From contig OZ243041.1 in assembly GCA_965212055.1 (NCBI GenBank), positions 576,001-640,000 of the forward strand: DNA of 64,000 nucleotides, read 5' to 3'. The notes under the pieces were generated by a model. It saw only the letters and a program-made list of their open reading frames with translations. It was not told the DNA's origin and made no database searches. Both the position numbers and the translations under genes were made by a program. Origin of the DNA: Fidelibacterota bacterium (lineage in GTDB: Bacteria > Fidelibacterota > Marinisomatia > Marinisomatales > Marinisomataceae). This document shows positions 9,013-19,100 of this stretch, piece by piece. The number at the start of each line of letters is the position of its first letter. Positions within the stretch are counted from its first letter, which is position 1.

Positions 9013-10624
9013 TAAGTGCTTCCAATCTTTTCTGAGCAATGATTCCTTGATCTGAAGATGGATGTTTTTCTTTAATCCATTGATAATACACGATAGCACT
9101 ATCTTTCTGGGACAACTCATAGTCATAATAATATGCTAGAAAATATGCTGCAATATTTGAAGATGATGTTGATGAATCTTTGTCTAGAATCTGTCTATAA
9201 ACACTTAAAGATTTCTTTTGATCGGTAGCCCAAAGTGACTCAGCAGTTAAGAGAAGCTTTGAAGGTTCATGCTCCAGGTTTAATTGTTCATTTTCTATAA
9301 TCATTTTTGCATAATCTGATTGTGGATATTGTTCTAAAATTATTTGTTTATATTGATCACCCTCTAAGGCATTTTTTTTGTTATATATGGAATAAGCAGC
9401 AAATAAAGACTGTGTATAAAAATTTGATTCTGCATGATTATTAATAATTTTTTCAAAATAATCTAATGCTTCATAAGTGCTACCAATATCAAATGCTAAA
9501 ATTTCTGCAATTCCGTATAAAATTGATGGATTATCAGAAATATCTCCTTCTGAATCCTTGATAAGTGTAATAATCTTATTCACCGAATCTCGTTTATTAG
9601 AAATAATAATTTTATAGGGAGAATTAAAATTTTGCTTCATTCCTTGATCCATAAAAAAGTTTGCACGTTCAAAATCAATATTTGGGTTTTTAAGAAAGAT
9701 ATTCCCAAGCAAATAGTATGCTTCTACCGAAACTTCAGTATTTTGATTATCTTGGGCTACTTGATCCAAGCTTTGTATAGCAAAATCTAGGTTGTTTTTG
9801 TCTAATTCAATCTTTGCTAATTCTAGGCTTAATTTTCCTTTAATTGAGTTAAAATTTTCATCTAAGAGCAGTTGTTCTATTCGTTTCTTAGCTTCATCAA
9901 GATCTCCTAATAAACGATACGTTTGAATAATTTTTAGATTCGATTCTCGAATCCTTGAAACCGATATGGTATTACTAAGAACATTTTTGTAGTTATCAGA
10001 TGCTTGTTGATACAATTCATTTCCATAGGATAATTCTGCTATCTGGAAATAGATTTGTTCTCTGGTTAAACGACTACTAGCAGTCTCTGCTCCACGATCC
10101 AAAAATTGAAATGCAGAATCTGGTCGATCAATTTCAAGATAAATTTCACCTAACGCTAAGTATATACGAGACTCTAAGTCCACCAATTCAGTTTCGTCCA
10201 GCAAATCTTTCAAATCATTAATAGCTGGTTGAGGTCTAAAATCTTTCCATTTACATAATGCCAACCAATATTTTGTTTCATTTTGAAAAAAAGATTCTTC
10301 CGAATCCTTTAATTGATTAAACACTTCTTTTGCACTATCATATTCATTCTTAAAAAAATGAGATCTCCCCTTTAGGAGCAATGCATCTTGTATATACTTA
10401 CTATCACCATATTCTGTAAGTACTTTCTCAGATTTTTCAATTGCGCTTTGATATTCCTGAATAGCTTTTGAGGGTAATTTATTTCCAAAATTTTCCATCC
10501 GTATTTTTTCTGCTATCTGATAGTGTTCTTGCGCATTGTAAAAAGTATTGAAATAGGCACAGGCCTGGAGAAAAACCAAAAGACATAAGGATTTAATTAT
10601 TTTTGAATTAAATTCAGATATCAT
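9002..10624 (-). CDS. TPR-repeat lipoprotein
   Basis: Lipobox LQAC then AYFNTFYNA; repeated TPR helices. Confidence 0.8.
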   Translation of the reverse strand: MISEFNSKIIKSLCLLVFLQACAYFNTFYNAQEHYQIAEKIRMENFGNKLPSKAIQEYQSAIEKSEKVLTEYGDSKYIQDALLLKGRSHFFKNEYDSAKEVFNQLKDSEESFFQNETKYWLALCKWKDFRPQPAINDLKDLLDETELVDLESRIYLALGEIYLEIDRPDSAFQFLDRGAETASSRLTREQIYFQIAELSYGNELYQQASDNYKNVLSNTISVSRIRESNLKIIQTYRLLGDLDEAKKRIEQLLLDENFNSIKGKLSLELAKIELDKNNLDFAIQSLDQVAQDNQNTEVSVEAYYLLGNIFLKNPNIDFERANFFMDQGMKQNFNSPYKIIISNKRDSVNKIITLIKDSEGDISDNPSILYGIAEILAFDIGSTYEALDYFEKIINNHAESNFYTQSLFAAYSIYNKKNALEGDQYKQIILEQYPQSDYAKMIIENEQLNLEHEPSKLLLTAESLWATDQKKSLSVYRQILDKDSSTSSSNIAAYFLAYYYDYELSQKDSAIVYYQWIKEKHPSSDQGIIAQKRLEALNVE

Positions 10625-10638
10625 AAACAGAAGTTACA

Positions 10639-10932
10639 ATGAAGCTTGAAAAATTACAGACAATAATTTCGAAAAAAATATCAGAAACTATCTCCGTAGA
10701 TTTTATCAAAATATTTGATTACACCGCGCAACATGAAAATCATGCAACCTTTGAAGGAAATTTCCACTTAAGTATGACATTAGTAAGTCCTGATTTTGAA
10801 GGAATGAGTCTTATTGAACGCCATCAACTTGTATATAGAGTTGTTGATGAATATATGCACGATGAAATTCATGCGTTAACCATGAAAACCCACACCCCTG
10901 AAGAATATAAAAAAATTACTGAGCGTAATTAG
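10639..10932 (+). CDS. bolA: BolA family protein
   Basis: VSPDFEGMSLIERHQLVY...IHAL..KTHTPEE. Confidence 0.9.
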   Translation: MKLEKLQTIISKKISETISVDFIKIFDYTAQHENHATFEGNFHLSMTLVSPDFEGMSLIERHQLVYRVVDEYMHDEIHALTMKTHTPEEYKKITERN

Positions 10933-11479
10933 GTGTAGGAGCAATTCCTAAATTAATCTCTAATAAATCGCTTTCAATGGTTCCAATAGGGGTTTCTACA
11001 ATACGACCTATTTCTTCGTTGTTTTTAGTCACAATCACGGTTGGAACATAACGAATATCTTTTCCTACATGTTCATCACCAGGACTAATTTTATCCCTAT
11101 CTACACAGACATATTGTACATTTTCTGGTGCAATATCTAGTGTTTGAAATATTTTAGCAATTTTTGGTACTTCTCGTCTACTATCAGCACACCAAGTACC
11201 AAGAAATACTTCATATGTATATCCATTCGGATCATCAATAGCACTAGTTAATTGAAAGTCTACATCATACCCTTGAAAACCAGATGCATACCATTCTTCA
11301 AATGGCTCTTTTTTTAGATCATCTAAAACAATACTTCCTACTATCATTGGCTGTCCTGTATTAGGATCTTCTACCGTCCCATCAGGAAGATTATCAGAAC
11401 AGGAAACTGATAAACACAATATAGCTCCTAAAATAATAAGCTCGATAATCCTTTTTATGATAGTGTAGGATTGTCTCAT
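10916..11479 (-). CDS. Thioredoxin-like lipoprotein (CxxS)
   Basis: FLGTWCADSRREVP, YVPT, EIGRIVE; lipobox SVSC; start 11479 gives ATGA overlap. Confidence 0.8.
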   Translation of the reverse strand: MRQSYTIIKRIIELIILGAILCLSVSCSDNLPDGTVEDPNTGQPMIVGSIVLDDLKKEPFEEWYASGFQGYDVDFQLTSAIDDPNGYTYEVFLGTWCADSRREVPKIAKIFQTLDIAPENVQYVCVDRDKISPGDEHVGKDIRYVPTVIVTKNNEEIGRIVETPIGTIESDLLEINLGIAPTPNYAQ

Positions 11480-12372
11480 TTTGTGTAATACATATAGATT
11501 AGACCGGTTCCTAAAATGGTTGAACATAAAGCAATAATAGAACCTTCAATCCCAAATGCTCCTCCTGAAATAATATCAGGAACTTGTCCTGAATTTTCAT
11601 GTACAATTGCTTTCCAAGTATCTACTCCCATTCCACTGATTTCAAATCCAAACAAGCCTTGGAAGAAATTCCATCCAAAGTGAAAGAAGGTTGGAAACCA
11701 TAGGTTTTTTGTAAAGGTATAACTAATGCCTAAGATAAACCCTGCGGCAAACAATTCTGTCATTGGAACAAAAGTGCTCCATACATTAGGGTTTCCGGCA
11801 TGCATTAAAGCAAACACTAAAGAAGAAATTCCTAGTGCCCACCATCGATTCATTGAATCCATCAAATTATTTAATACATAACCACGAAATACGATTTCTT
11901 CATCAAACGCAGCAACAAACAACATTAAACTCACCATAATCTGACTACTTAATAGAACCGGCTTTTCGCCAACTACTATAATAGCATCAAAACACCATAA
12001 AATGAGGAAAATACCGCCTATAAACAATAAAGCAGCTCCCAGTCCAGCTAACATCTCTTTTCCGCGACCTTTTACGGATAATCCAATATTGGTTAATGGT
12101 TCTTTATTAAATATGGCCATCATAAACCAAATGGCTAGAAAACTAGCAAATATTTGCAGCACAGCCATACCAAGCATTATTGGTGATGCAAATCCCATGC
12201 TTTCCATCCCCATAGCCCATTCTCCTATAGCCGCTTCATTCTGCATATCAACACCAGATAGTACCATCATTAATACACTTCCCCCTCCGACTACTACCAT
12301 CATTGTTAAAAACCAAATCGGCATAAAGATTAATGTTCTAAGCCATCCTTGTTTAATTGTTGGTTCTGACAT
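11476..12372 (-). CDS. CPBP (CAAX/Abi) family intramembrane metalloprotease
   Basis: EEIVFRG, FALMH, HFGWN motifs; GGAFGIEGS tail. Confidence 0.9.
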   Translation of the reverse strand: MSEPTIKQGWLRTLIFMPIWFLTMMVVVGGGSVLMMVLSGVDMQNEAAIGEWAMGMESMGFASPIMLGMAVLQIFASFLAIWFMMAIFNKEPLTNIGLSVKGRGKEMLAGLGAALLFIGGIFLILWCFDAIIVVGEKPVLLSSQIMVSLMLFVAAFDEEIVFRGYVLNNLMDSMNRWWALGISSLVFALMHAGNPNVWSTFVPMTELFAAGFILGISYTFTKNLWFPTFFHFGWNFFQGLFGFEISGMGVDTWKAIVHENSGQVPDIISGGAFGIEGSIIALCSTILGTGLIYMYYTK

Positions 12373-12412
12373 AATTATGTTTCCCTTCTTTTAATTAAAA
12401 TTCTTTTTATTA

Positions 12413-12910
12413 TTAATCTAACACTATACCAAATGTGGCATGATTGTCATCGTAATATGCTGTCAACAATAACGTGTCTCCCTCCATTGACTTTACTGGG
12501 GCAATCATATTACTTATTTCTCCATCACTATTGCTATAACTTACCGCATTGCTTGTTGGAACTTCCATACCATTAAATCCTGTAATATATCGTATCATAA
12601 GATACATAAACAAATCCTGATAATGCTCTTTTGATTAAATCGTATCCCCAAGATACCAATATAAATTGCTCTCCCAAGTGACTCTTTGATAGAATACTGG
12701 ACCAGATTCATCAGTAACAACCCCATCAACCCGATGGATTGTTTGCCACGAATTTGCATCTTTTTCGAGTGTTAAATGATAATACCCATTACTATCTACT
12801 GGCAAACGCATATCAAATGCAATGGATATGTCTTGAAAATGTGCATCCTCTAAAACAAAGGCTGTTAAAGCAATGGATGTAAAGATACCAATATAAATTG
12901 CTCTCACCAA
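12413..12910 (-). pseudogene. Hypothetical (probably exported) protein broken by frameshifts near 12575-12640
   Basis: ORFs 12635-12910 and 12413-12613 read as one protein (RLPVDSNGYYHLTL..WQTIHRV..WESNLYW / TGFNGMEVPTSN); lies in a low-quality region. Confidence 0.55.
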
Positions 12911-13165
12911 TAAAAGTGACTCTTTGTTTTATTTTTGTAATAATACATAGTTTTGGACATCAGATTCATAATCAGTACCCTTGTTGTTTTACTAACCCCA
13001 TCCAGTAAAAACAAACCGATGAAATTGTTTGTTCCAGAATCTTTGTTTCTTCCTACGGAATTTGCATCTTTGTGTGAGTGTTATAATGAATAATATCCCA
13101 TTACTATCTACTGGCAACTTTACGCATATCTTGAAAACATCAATGGATTTACCATTCTTGAATAT
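12650..13165. repeat. Degenerate tandem duplication (about 12650-12845 vs about 12882-13165)
   Basis: Identical blocks: aagataccaatataaattgctctc at 12650 and 12882; gaatttgcatcttt at 12750 and 13058; cccattactatctactggcaa at 12785 and 13097. Confidence 0.85.
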
Positions 13166-13354
13166 CTCAATTCTCCACTATCATACCAAGAATCTTACCT
13201 TCCGCACCGTATTGATCGAATTAATAACATCAGAATATCCTCAACACCACACTTATAATGTATTAATCAACAAATCCTGGCTTTTTTGCTACCACTTTTC
13301 AATAGCTAATGATGACTTAATATCCTTTTTCTTTATCTTGTAATGATGAATATT

Positions 13355-13410
13355 TTTTTCATTGCGGAGAGAGAGGGATTCGAACCCTCGATACAGTTGC
13401 CCGTATAACA
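13355..13410 (-). repeat. 56-bp direct repeat of the tRNA-Ser 3' half plus trailer (att-like)
   Basis: 13355-13410 identical to 13444-13499; copies separated by 33 bp. Confidence 0.92.
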
Positions 13411-13453
13411 AAAGTTGTGGATATAATGATTAGTAATATGAGATTTTTCATTG

Positions 13454-13540
13454 CGGAGAGAGAGGGATTCGAACCCTCGATACAGTTGCCCGTATAACAC
13501 CTTAGCAGGGTGCCGCTTTCAACCACTCAGCCACCTCTCC
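13454..13540 (-). tRNA. tRNA-Ser(GCT)
   Basis: GGAGAGGTGGCTGAGTGG..CACCCT-GCT-AAGGTG, long variable arm, GGTTCGAATCC, G discriminator; CCA not encoded. Confidence 0.95.
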
Positions 13541-13553
13541 AAATTTGGATAAT

Positions 13554-14536
13554 TTATAAACTACTGGATAAAAAAGATACTAGTCTATCTTTTAAATTGT
13601 CAAGCCCAGATTTGCTTACAGATGATATATCAATATATTCTTCAGAAAATCCATTCCATTGATCTAATGTTTCTGGGTTTTGTATAGTATCTAATTTGGT
13701 ACGCACTACTAAGGTTGGTTTAATCCATAAGTGTGTCATTAAATGTCTCTAATTCTTTTTTGAGCTTATTAAAAGTGTCTTGAGGATTGTCATCCAAGAA
13801 TATCAATTAAAAACAATAAAATTTTATTGCGTTCAATATGTTTTAAGAACTGATGTCCAAGCCCTTTTCCTTGGCTTGCTCCCTCTATAAGTCCCGGAAT
13901 ATCTGCCATGACAAAGGATTGATATTCTCCATACTTTACAATCCCTAGATGGGGCTGTAAGGTCGTAAACGGATAATCAGCTATTTTTGGTTTTGCGGTA
14001 GTCATTACAGAAAGCAAGGTCGATTTCCCTGCATTCGGTAATCCTACTAGCCCTACATCCGCTAATACTTTTAATTCTAGCTCTACTGTGAGATGATTCC
14101 CTGACATTCCTTTTTGTGAAAAACGCGGTGTTTGTTGAGTGGAAGATTTAAAGTGATGATTTCCTTTACCACCAATTCCTCCTTCACATACAATATGGGT
14201 TTGATTTTCTTCCACCATATCTAGAATCACTTTGCTTGATTTTGCATTTTTAACCACAGTACCACATGGAATTTCTATTACTAAATTTTCGCCTGATTTT
14301 CCGGTTCTTTTATTGGGACCACCAGATCCGCCGTTTTTTGCTTTATATAGACGACGATATCGAATATCTTGTAAGGTATGTAGGTTAGGATTGGTTGAAA
14401 AGACAATATCACCGCCTTTGCCACCATCTCCTCCGCTAGGACCGCCTTTATCTATGTACTTTTCTCTATGAAAAGATACAATACCAGTTCCACCGTTGCC
14501 TGCTTGCAACTCAATCTTTGCGTAGTCGATAAACAT
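13554..14536 (-). CDS. obgE: GTPase ObgE, with two apparent +1 frameshifts near 13795 and 13722
   Basis: [39 protein letters not shown]-terminus [26 protein letters not shown] in shifted frames. Confidence 0.92.
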
Positions 14537-14545
14537 GATAGGAAG

Positions 14546-15808
14546 TTAAAAATTGTTAATGATTTCGTCGCCAAATTCTGAACATTTCAATAATGTGGCT
14601 CCGTCAAGTAGTCGATGAAAATCATAGGTTACACGTTTTGAAGAAATTGTTTTTTCTAACCCATTGGTAATCAAGTCAGAAGCTTCATTCCATCCCATAT
14701 ATTCTAACATCAATGCTCCAGATAATATTACTGAAGATGGATTGACTTTATCCAATCCAGCATATTTTGGCGCGGTACCATGGGTTGCTTCAAAAATAGC
14801 GTGGCCTGTATCAAAATTAATATTCGCACCAGGAGCAATACCAATGCCTCCCACAGATGCGGCGGCTGCGTCAGAAATATAGTCACCATTTAGGTTCATA
14901 GTAGCAATTACATCATATTCGGCTGGTCGTAGTAAAATTTGCTGTAAAAATGCATCTGTAATCACATCTTTTACTAATAATTTTCCATTATTAATCGCGT
15001 CAGATTGTGCTTTATCTGCTGCCTCTTTGCCATCAGATTCTTCAATTTTATCATACTGATTCCAAGTAAACACTTGGTCAGCAAAATGGGTTTCAGCATA
15101 TTCGTATCCCCATTTCTTAAAATACCCTTCAGTAAACTTCATAATATTACCTTTATGCACCAAGGTAAGTGTTTTACGATTGTTCTTTAATGCATACTGA
15201 ATCGCAGAGTGAACCAGACGATTGGTTCCTTCTTGTGAAATAGGCTTAATCCCAATTGAACTGGAATCAGGAAATCGTATTTTCCCTTCCATCCCTAGTT
15301 CGTTGATTAATTCAATAATTTTTTGTGATTCTTCCGTTCCATTTTCCCATTCTATCCCGGCATAAATATCTTCGGTATTTTCTCGAAAAATTGTCATGTT
15401 TACTTTGCTAGGATCTGATAAAGGAGAAGGAGTCCCTTTATACCATTGGATTGGCCTTACACAAGCAAAGAGATCTAACTCTTTTCTTAATGTTACATTT
15501 AATGATCGGATACCACCACCAATTGGCGTCGTAAGCGGTCCTTTAATAGCAATAAGATGTTCTCTAATCATATCAAGAGTATCATTAGGCAACCACTCCC
15601 CATTTCTTTCAAATGACTTTTCGCCCGCAAATACTTCAAACCATTCAATCTTTTTGGAAGAATTGTATGCTTTATGAACTGCTGCATCGATTACTTTCTC
15701 AGTAGCATTCCAAATGTCAGGTCCGATACCATCTCCCTCTATAAATGGAATGATTGGATTATCAGAAACAACTAATTTGCCATCAGTAAATTTAATTTTT
15801 TCAGCCAT
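14546..15808 (-). CDS. icd: NADP-dependent isocitrate dehydrogenase
   Basis: [51 protein letters not shown]. Confidence 0.97.
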   Translation of the reverse strand: MAEKIKFTDGKLVVSDNPIIPFIEGDGIGPDIWNATEKVIDAAVHKAYNSSKKIEWFEVFAGEKSFERNGEWLPNDTLDMIREHLIAIKGPLTTPIGGGIRSLNVTLRKELDLFACVRPIQWYKGTPSPLSDPSKVNMTIFRENTEDIYAGIEWENGTEESQKIIELINELGMEGKIRFPDSSSIGIKPISQEGTNRLVHSAIQYALKNNRKTLTLVHKGNIMKFTEGYFKKWGYEYAETHFADQVFTWNQYDKIEESDGKEAADKAQSDAINNGKLLVKDVITDAFLQQILLRPAEYDVIATMNLNGDYISDAAAASVGGIGIAPGANINFDTGHAIFEATHGTAPKYAGLDKVNPSSVILSGALMLEYMGWNEASDLITNGLEKTISSKRVTYDFHRLLDGATLLKCSEFGDEIINNF

Positions 15809-16287
15809 TACTTTAATTTATCTTTTAGTTTATCTTCAATATTTTTTGGAACAAATTTTTTCAAATCTGCACCATGCCTGGCTAGATCTTTAATAATTGT
15901 TGAATTTAAATGAAGGAATTTCTCATTAGGTATCATCAGTAATGTAGAAATCGATGGATTGATTCCATAATTCACATTTGCCATCTGGAATTCGAATTCA
16001 AAGTCACTTACATGTCTCAGCCCTCGAATAATTGCTACAGCACCACAATCTCTTGCAAAATTCACCACCAAATTTTTTGGATTAGAATGAACATAAATAT
16101 TGCTGATATCATCCAAACATTCTTCAATCATTGAGACCCGTTCATCATGGGTAAACAATGGACTCTTTTCAAGATTATCAGAGATACAAATATGTACTTC
16201 ATCAAATAATTTAGAAGCCCTTTTTGCTATGTCTATATGACCATAGTGAATCGGATCAAACGTCCCTGGATATATAATTTTTTTCAT
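15808..16287 (-). CDS. coaD: Pantetheine-phosphate adenylyltransferase
   Basis: [24 protein letters not shown]. Confidence 0.95.
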   Translation of the reverse strand: MKKIIYPGTFDPIHYGHIDIAKRASKLFDEVHICISDNLEKSPLFTHDERVSMIEECLDDISNIYVHSNPKNLVVNFARDCGAVAIIRGLRHVSDFEFEFQMANVNYGINPSISTLLMIPNEKFLHLNSTIIKDLARHGADLKKFVPKNIEDKLKDKLK

Positions 16288-16790
16288 ACCTGCCAGTAAA
16301 GTAAGTTTGTGCCCCCAAATTTACTAATTTTATTATATCCTGCAATAGATTCCTTCTTGCTACATTCTAAGATAAAAACCCCTCCTGGATTTAGTCTATC
16401 AAGACATAATTCTATCAATTCATTAATACTAGAAAAATGATACGGTGGATCTGCAAAAATGATATCATATTGTACAGATTTCTTTAAAAATCTATGGACA
16501 TCTCTTCCTAAAAAGCTAAAATGGTCATATGGAATCGTTTTGGCATTAGTAATTATTTGATTCATATATTTTTTATTTAATTCAACAAATGTGACAGATT
16601 CAGCTCCTCTGCTCGAAGCTTCAAACCCAATCATGCCTGATCCTGAATATAAATCTAAAAAATGTTTACCCTCTAAAGACTTGAGGACATCAAACATGCT
16701 CTTTCTTGCAATAGATGTTGTTGGACGATATTCAAACTTCTGATTTGATTGAATAGCATGGTTCTTAAATTGGCCTGCTAATATTTTCAT
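16284..16790 (-). CDS. rsmD: 16S rRNA m2G966 methyltransferase RsmD
   Basis: RPT, LDLYSGSG..GFEA.SRGA, IFADPPY; adjacent to coaD. Confidence 0.9.
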   Translation of the reverse strand: MKILAGQFKNHAIQSNQKFEYRPTTSIARKSMFDVLKSLEGKHFLDLYSGSGMIGFEASSRGAESVTFVELNKKYMNQIITNAKTIPYDHFSFLGRDVHRFLKKSVQYDIIFADPPYHFSSINELIELCLDRLNPGGVFILECSKKESIAGYNKISKFGGTNLLYWQV

Positions 16791-18271
16791 TAACTTAGAA
16801 CAGTAATATAAAAATGAATTGAATTATCAGCCTTGGTAAATAAGATTTTTCTCATAATGAAATTATTATAATCAGTAATCTGATCAATAATTTCATTAGA
16901 AAGCTCTAGCCCATCAATCCTTAAGATTATATTGTCTACTTCTCTATCTAATAGCACTCCATCGATTATCTTAAATTCGATTTCCTCTATATCAAGAATC
17001 CAGTTAAGGAAATTAGAAATTGAAGTAGAATTTTTACTTAATTCAGTAGGCAAATAGGGATCAATCTTATATACAACTTTATTCTTCGACAAATCAATCT
17101 GTTTCACTGCATTGGGGTCAACACCATTTAATAACGATAAAAGGCTTTCATTTCCTTCCGCAGAGACAACTCCATCAACAATACTTAACAGACTAATCGA
17201 ATTACCATACTCAGTAACAATCGAATCAAATACATTGATCATGCTATGTGATTTGGCATTATAAAATTCAAAAGGATTTTCTGTAGGTATCACATCGGTT
17301 ACAACAGGTTCTTCAATCATATCGGAAACCACTTCAGTATTTAATGATTTCAAATCTGTTTTGTTGACAGACCAAAGAAGAAACACTACCAAAATTAATG
17401 TTAAGAATGCGGCAACTATATTTCTAAAATAATTGAAAAAATTGGTTTCTTTTTTCTGTTTAGTAAAAGTTCTTTTTCTTTTATATGCGCTACCATCAAT
17501 AATTTGAATTCCAACTGGGTTAATAAAATTCAAAATTGGAGAAGATGCATCAATTAATTGTGACAGAATTTTTACAACATCTAAATCAGAAAATAAGAGA
17601 TACTTTGAGTTAGATTTTTTGAGTGTTCCTTCTGAAATTTTTTGCAAATCATTTAAGCCTATAATTTTATTAAATGTCTTTTTCCTTCCACCATAAGTAG
17701 CCTTGAAAAAAGAAAACCCTTTCCTTGCATAGTTAAAAATAAGATAGTTTTTTAAAGATTTAACTACTCCATATTGGGTTGTTTTTGTATGAGAAAGTAT
17801 CACACTTGAAAGAGGAACAAGTGCTTTAATATCGATACCAAAATTATTGAAATTGAGCTTAATCTTCTCTTTTAGATAATGATTAATCTCAACCACATGA
17901 ATAAACTTCTTTGATGATTTTCTACTCTCTGCAACATAAAGATAGTCACTCAATAAATCTTTCCACTTGATTTGAAGTTCATTCTTTATCTTCTCAGCTA
18001 ATTTTATATCATCTTTTTCTGGGCTAATAACTAGTGAATGAGATAAAAGTTCATCATTAATGACAATTGAGGCTTCTTGATTCTCCAGTACTATTTTCTC
18101 ATTTAATTCATCCAATGATTGGGCAATAACATTGCTTAATAGTTTCGGGTCATAAATAGTCGATGATAAGGAATGATGAAATTTTACTTTTGATTGAAGA
18201 ATTAGTTTATCTTTTTCAAGATTTCTCTTGAATACGACAAGAGTATTATTATGTACTATAAAGTATAGCAA
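16790..18271 (-). CDS. Hypothetical bitopic membrane protein, possibly degenerate PilM-like
   Basis: 493 aa, one central TM (IVAAFLTLILVVFLLW); N-terminal pattern loosely resembles the PilM actin fold. Confidence 0.6.
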   Translation of the reverse strand: MLYFIVHNNTLVVFKRNLEKDKLILQSKVKFHHSLSSTIYDPKLLSNVIAQSLDELNEKIVLENQEASIVINDELLSHSLVISPEKDDIKLAEKIKNELQIKWKDLLSDYLYVAESRKSSKKFIHVVEINHYLKEKIKLNFNNFGIDIKALVPLSSVILSHTKTTQYGVVKSLKNYLIFNYARKGFSFFKATYGGRKKTFNKIIGLNDLQKISEGTLKKSNSKYLLFSDLDVVKILSQLIDASSPILNFINPVGIQIIDGSAYKRKRTFTKQKKETNFFNYFRNIVAAFLTLILVVFLLWSVNKTDLKSLNTEVVSDMIEEPVVTDVIPTENPFEFYNAKSHSMINVFDSIVTEYGNSISLLSIVDGVVSAEGNESLLSLLNGVDPNAVKQIDLSKNKVVYKIDPYLPTELSKNSTSISNFLNWILDIEEIEFKIIDGVLLDREVDNIILRIDGLELSNEIIDQITDYNNFIMRKILFTKADNSIHFYITVLS

Positions 18272-18275
18272 TCAA

Positions 18276-19055
18276 CTAGTTATCCCAACTTCTGGTTCCA
18301 TCAATGATATATCCATGGCTTCTAGTTTTTAAAGCAAAGAATCCATATCTATTATCTCTATAAGAACGAATTGGGCTAGAAACTCGTACAGAGTTTGGAC
18401 TAATCTCAATGATATAAGGCTCATCTGTTAATGGGCAATTGAATTGAGAAGAATCAGGGAGAGCAACAAAATTGTATTCTGGGTCTCTTTCTTTTTTAAA
18501 TCTCTTATTAAAATAAGAAACTGTCTCAACACGTTCAAATGTGTTTTCATTAACAACTTTCACAAACAATGGATCTGAAAGCGTATTACTTAAATTCTTT
18601 TTTTGGACATAAACGGTATCTTCTACACCATCTTCAGTAAGCATCAATACTGTAACAGTTGTATCTACCACAGTTTCCTTTGCGACCCTTCTAAGTCCAA
18701 ATGTAGTATCATATTCAACATCAAACCCATTAGGAATATTGACTAAAAATTCTTCCCCACTCAATTTGACCGATTGTTCGCCAAGAAAAAGTGAATCTGC
18801 TGTTAAAGAATCTCTCACAGCATTAACAAGGCGAAGAGCTTTCAATCCATCTTCTTCATATTCACCAACCAAAATATTATAAAAATTCTCGATATTATAC
18901 ACACTCTGCATACGGAATCTGCTCTCATCTTTATAAGCATCTTCTTCTTCCCATATTACACTAGGAACATAAATAACGACCAACATGAGAAGAAAGATAA
19001 AAAAAGTGATTATTTCGAGGTAGTCGTTGAAGAATTTTTGTTTTGTTTTGTCCAT
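18276..19055 (-). CDS. Hypothetical protein with a pilin-like N-terminal helix
   Basis: YLEIITFFIFLLMLVVIYVP followed by an amphipathic helix; CPLTDEPY near the C-terminus. Confidence 0.6.
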   Translation of the reverse strand: MDKTKQKFFNDYLEIITFFIFLLMLVVIYVPSVIWEEEDAYKDESRFRMQSVYNIENFYNILVGEYEEDGLKALRLVNAVRDSLTADSLFLGEQSVKLSGEEFLVNIPNGFDVEYDTTFGLRRVAKETVVDTTVTVLMLTEDGVEDTVYVQKKNLSNTLSDPLFVKVVNENTFERVETVSYFNKRFKKERDPEYNFVALPDSSQFNCPLTDEPYIIEISPNSVRVSSPIRSYRDNRYGFFALKTRSHGYIIDGTRSWDN

Positions 19056-19100
19056 TTTATGTTATCTGAATTTACAATAAATAAGATTCATAGCAAGGCA

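Noticed and set aside
11476..12372. Abortive-infection defence system
   Set aside because: The Abi label for CPBP proteases is historical; this is an ordinary intramembrane protease with no defence neighbours
13029..13343. 104-aa plus-strand ORF
   Set aside because: Lies antisense within the garbled duplicate; no protein-like features
13355..13499. Repeat-spacer-repeat resembling a mini CRISPR array
   Set aside because: The repeat is 56 bp of tRNA sequence, there are only two copies and no cas genes
13554..13800. Selenocysteine read-through or programmed frameshift in obgE
   Set aside because: The downstream homology is in other frames and needs two separate shifts; no slippery site seen; sequence error is simpler
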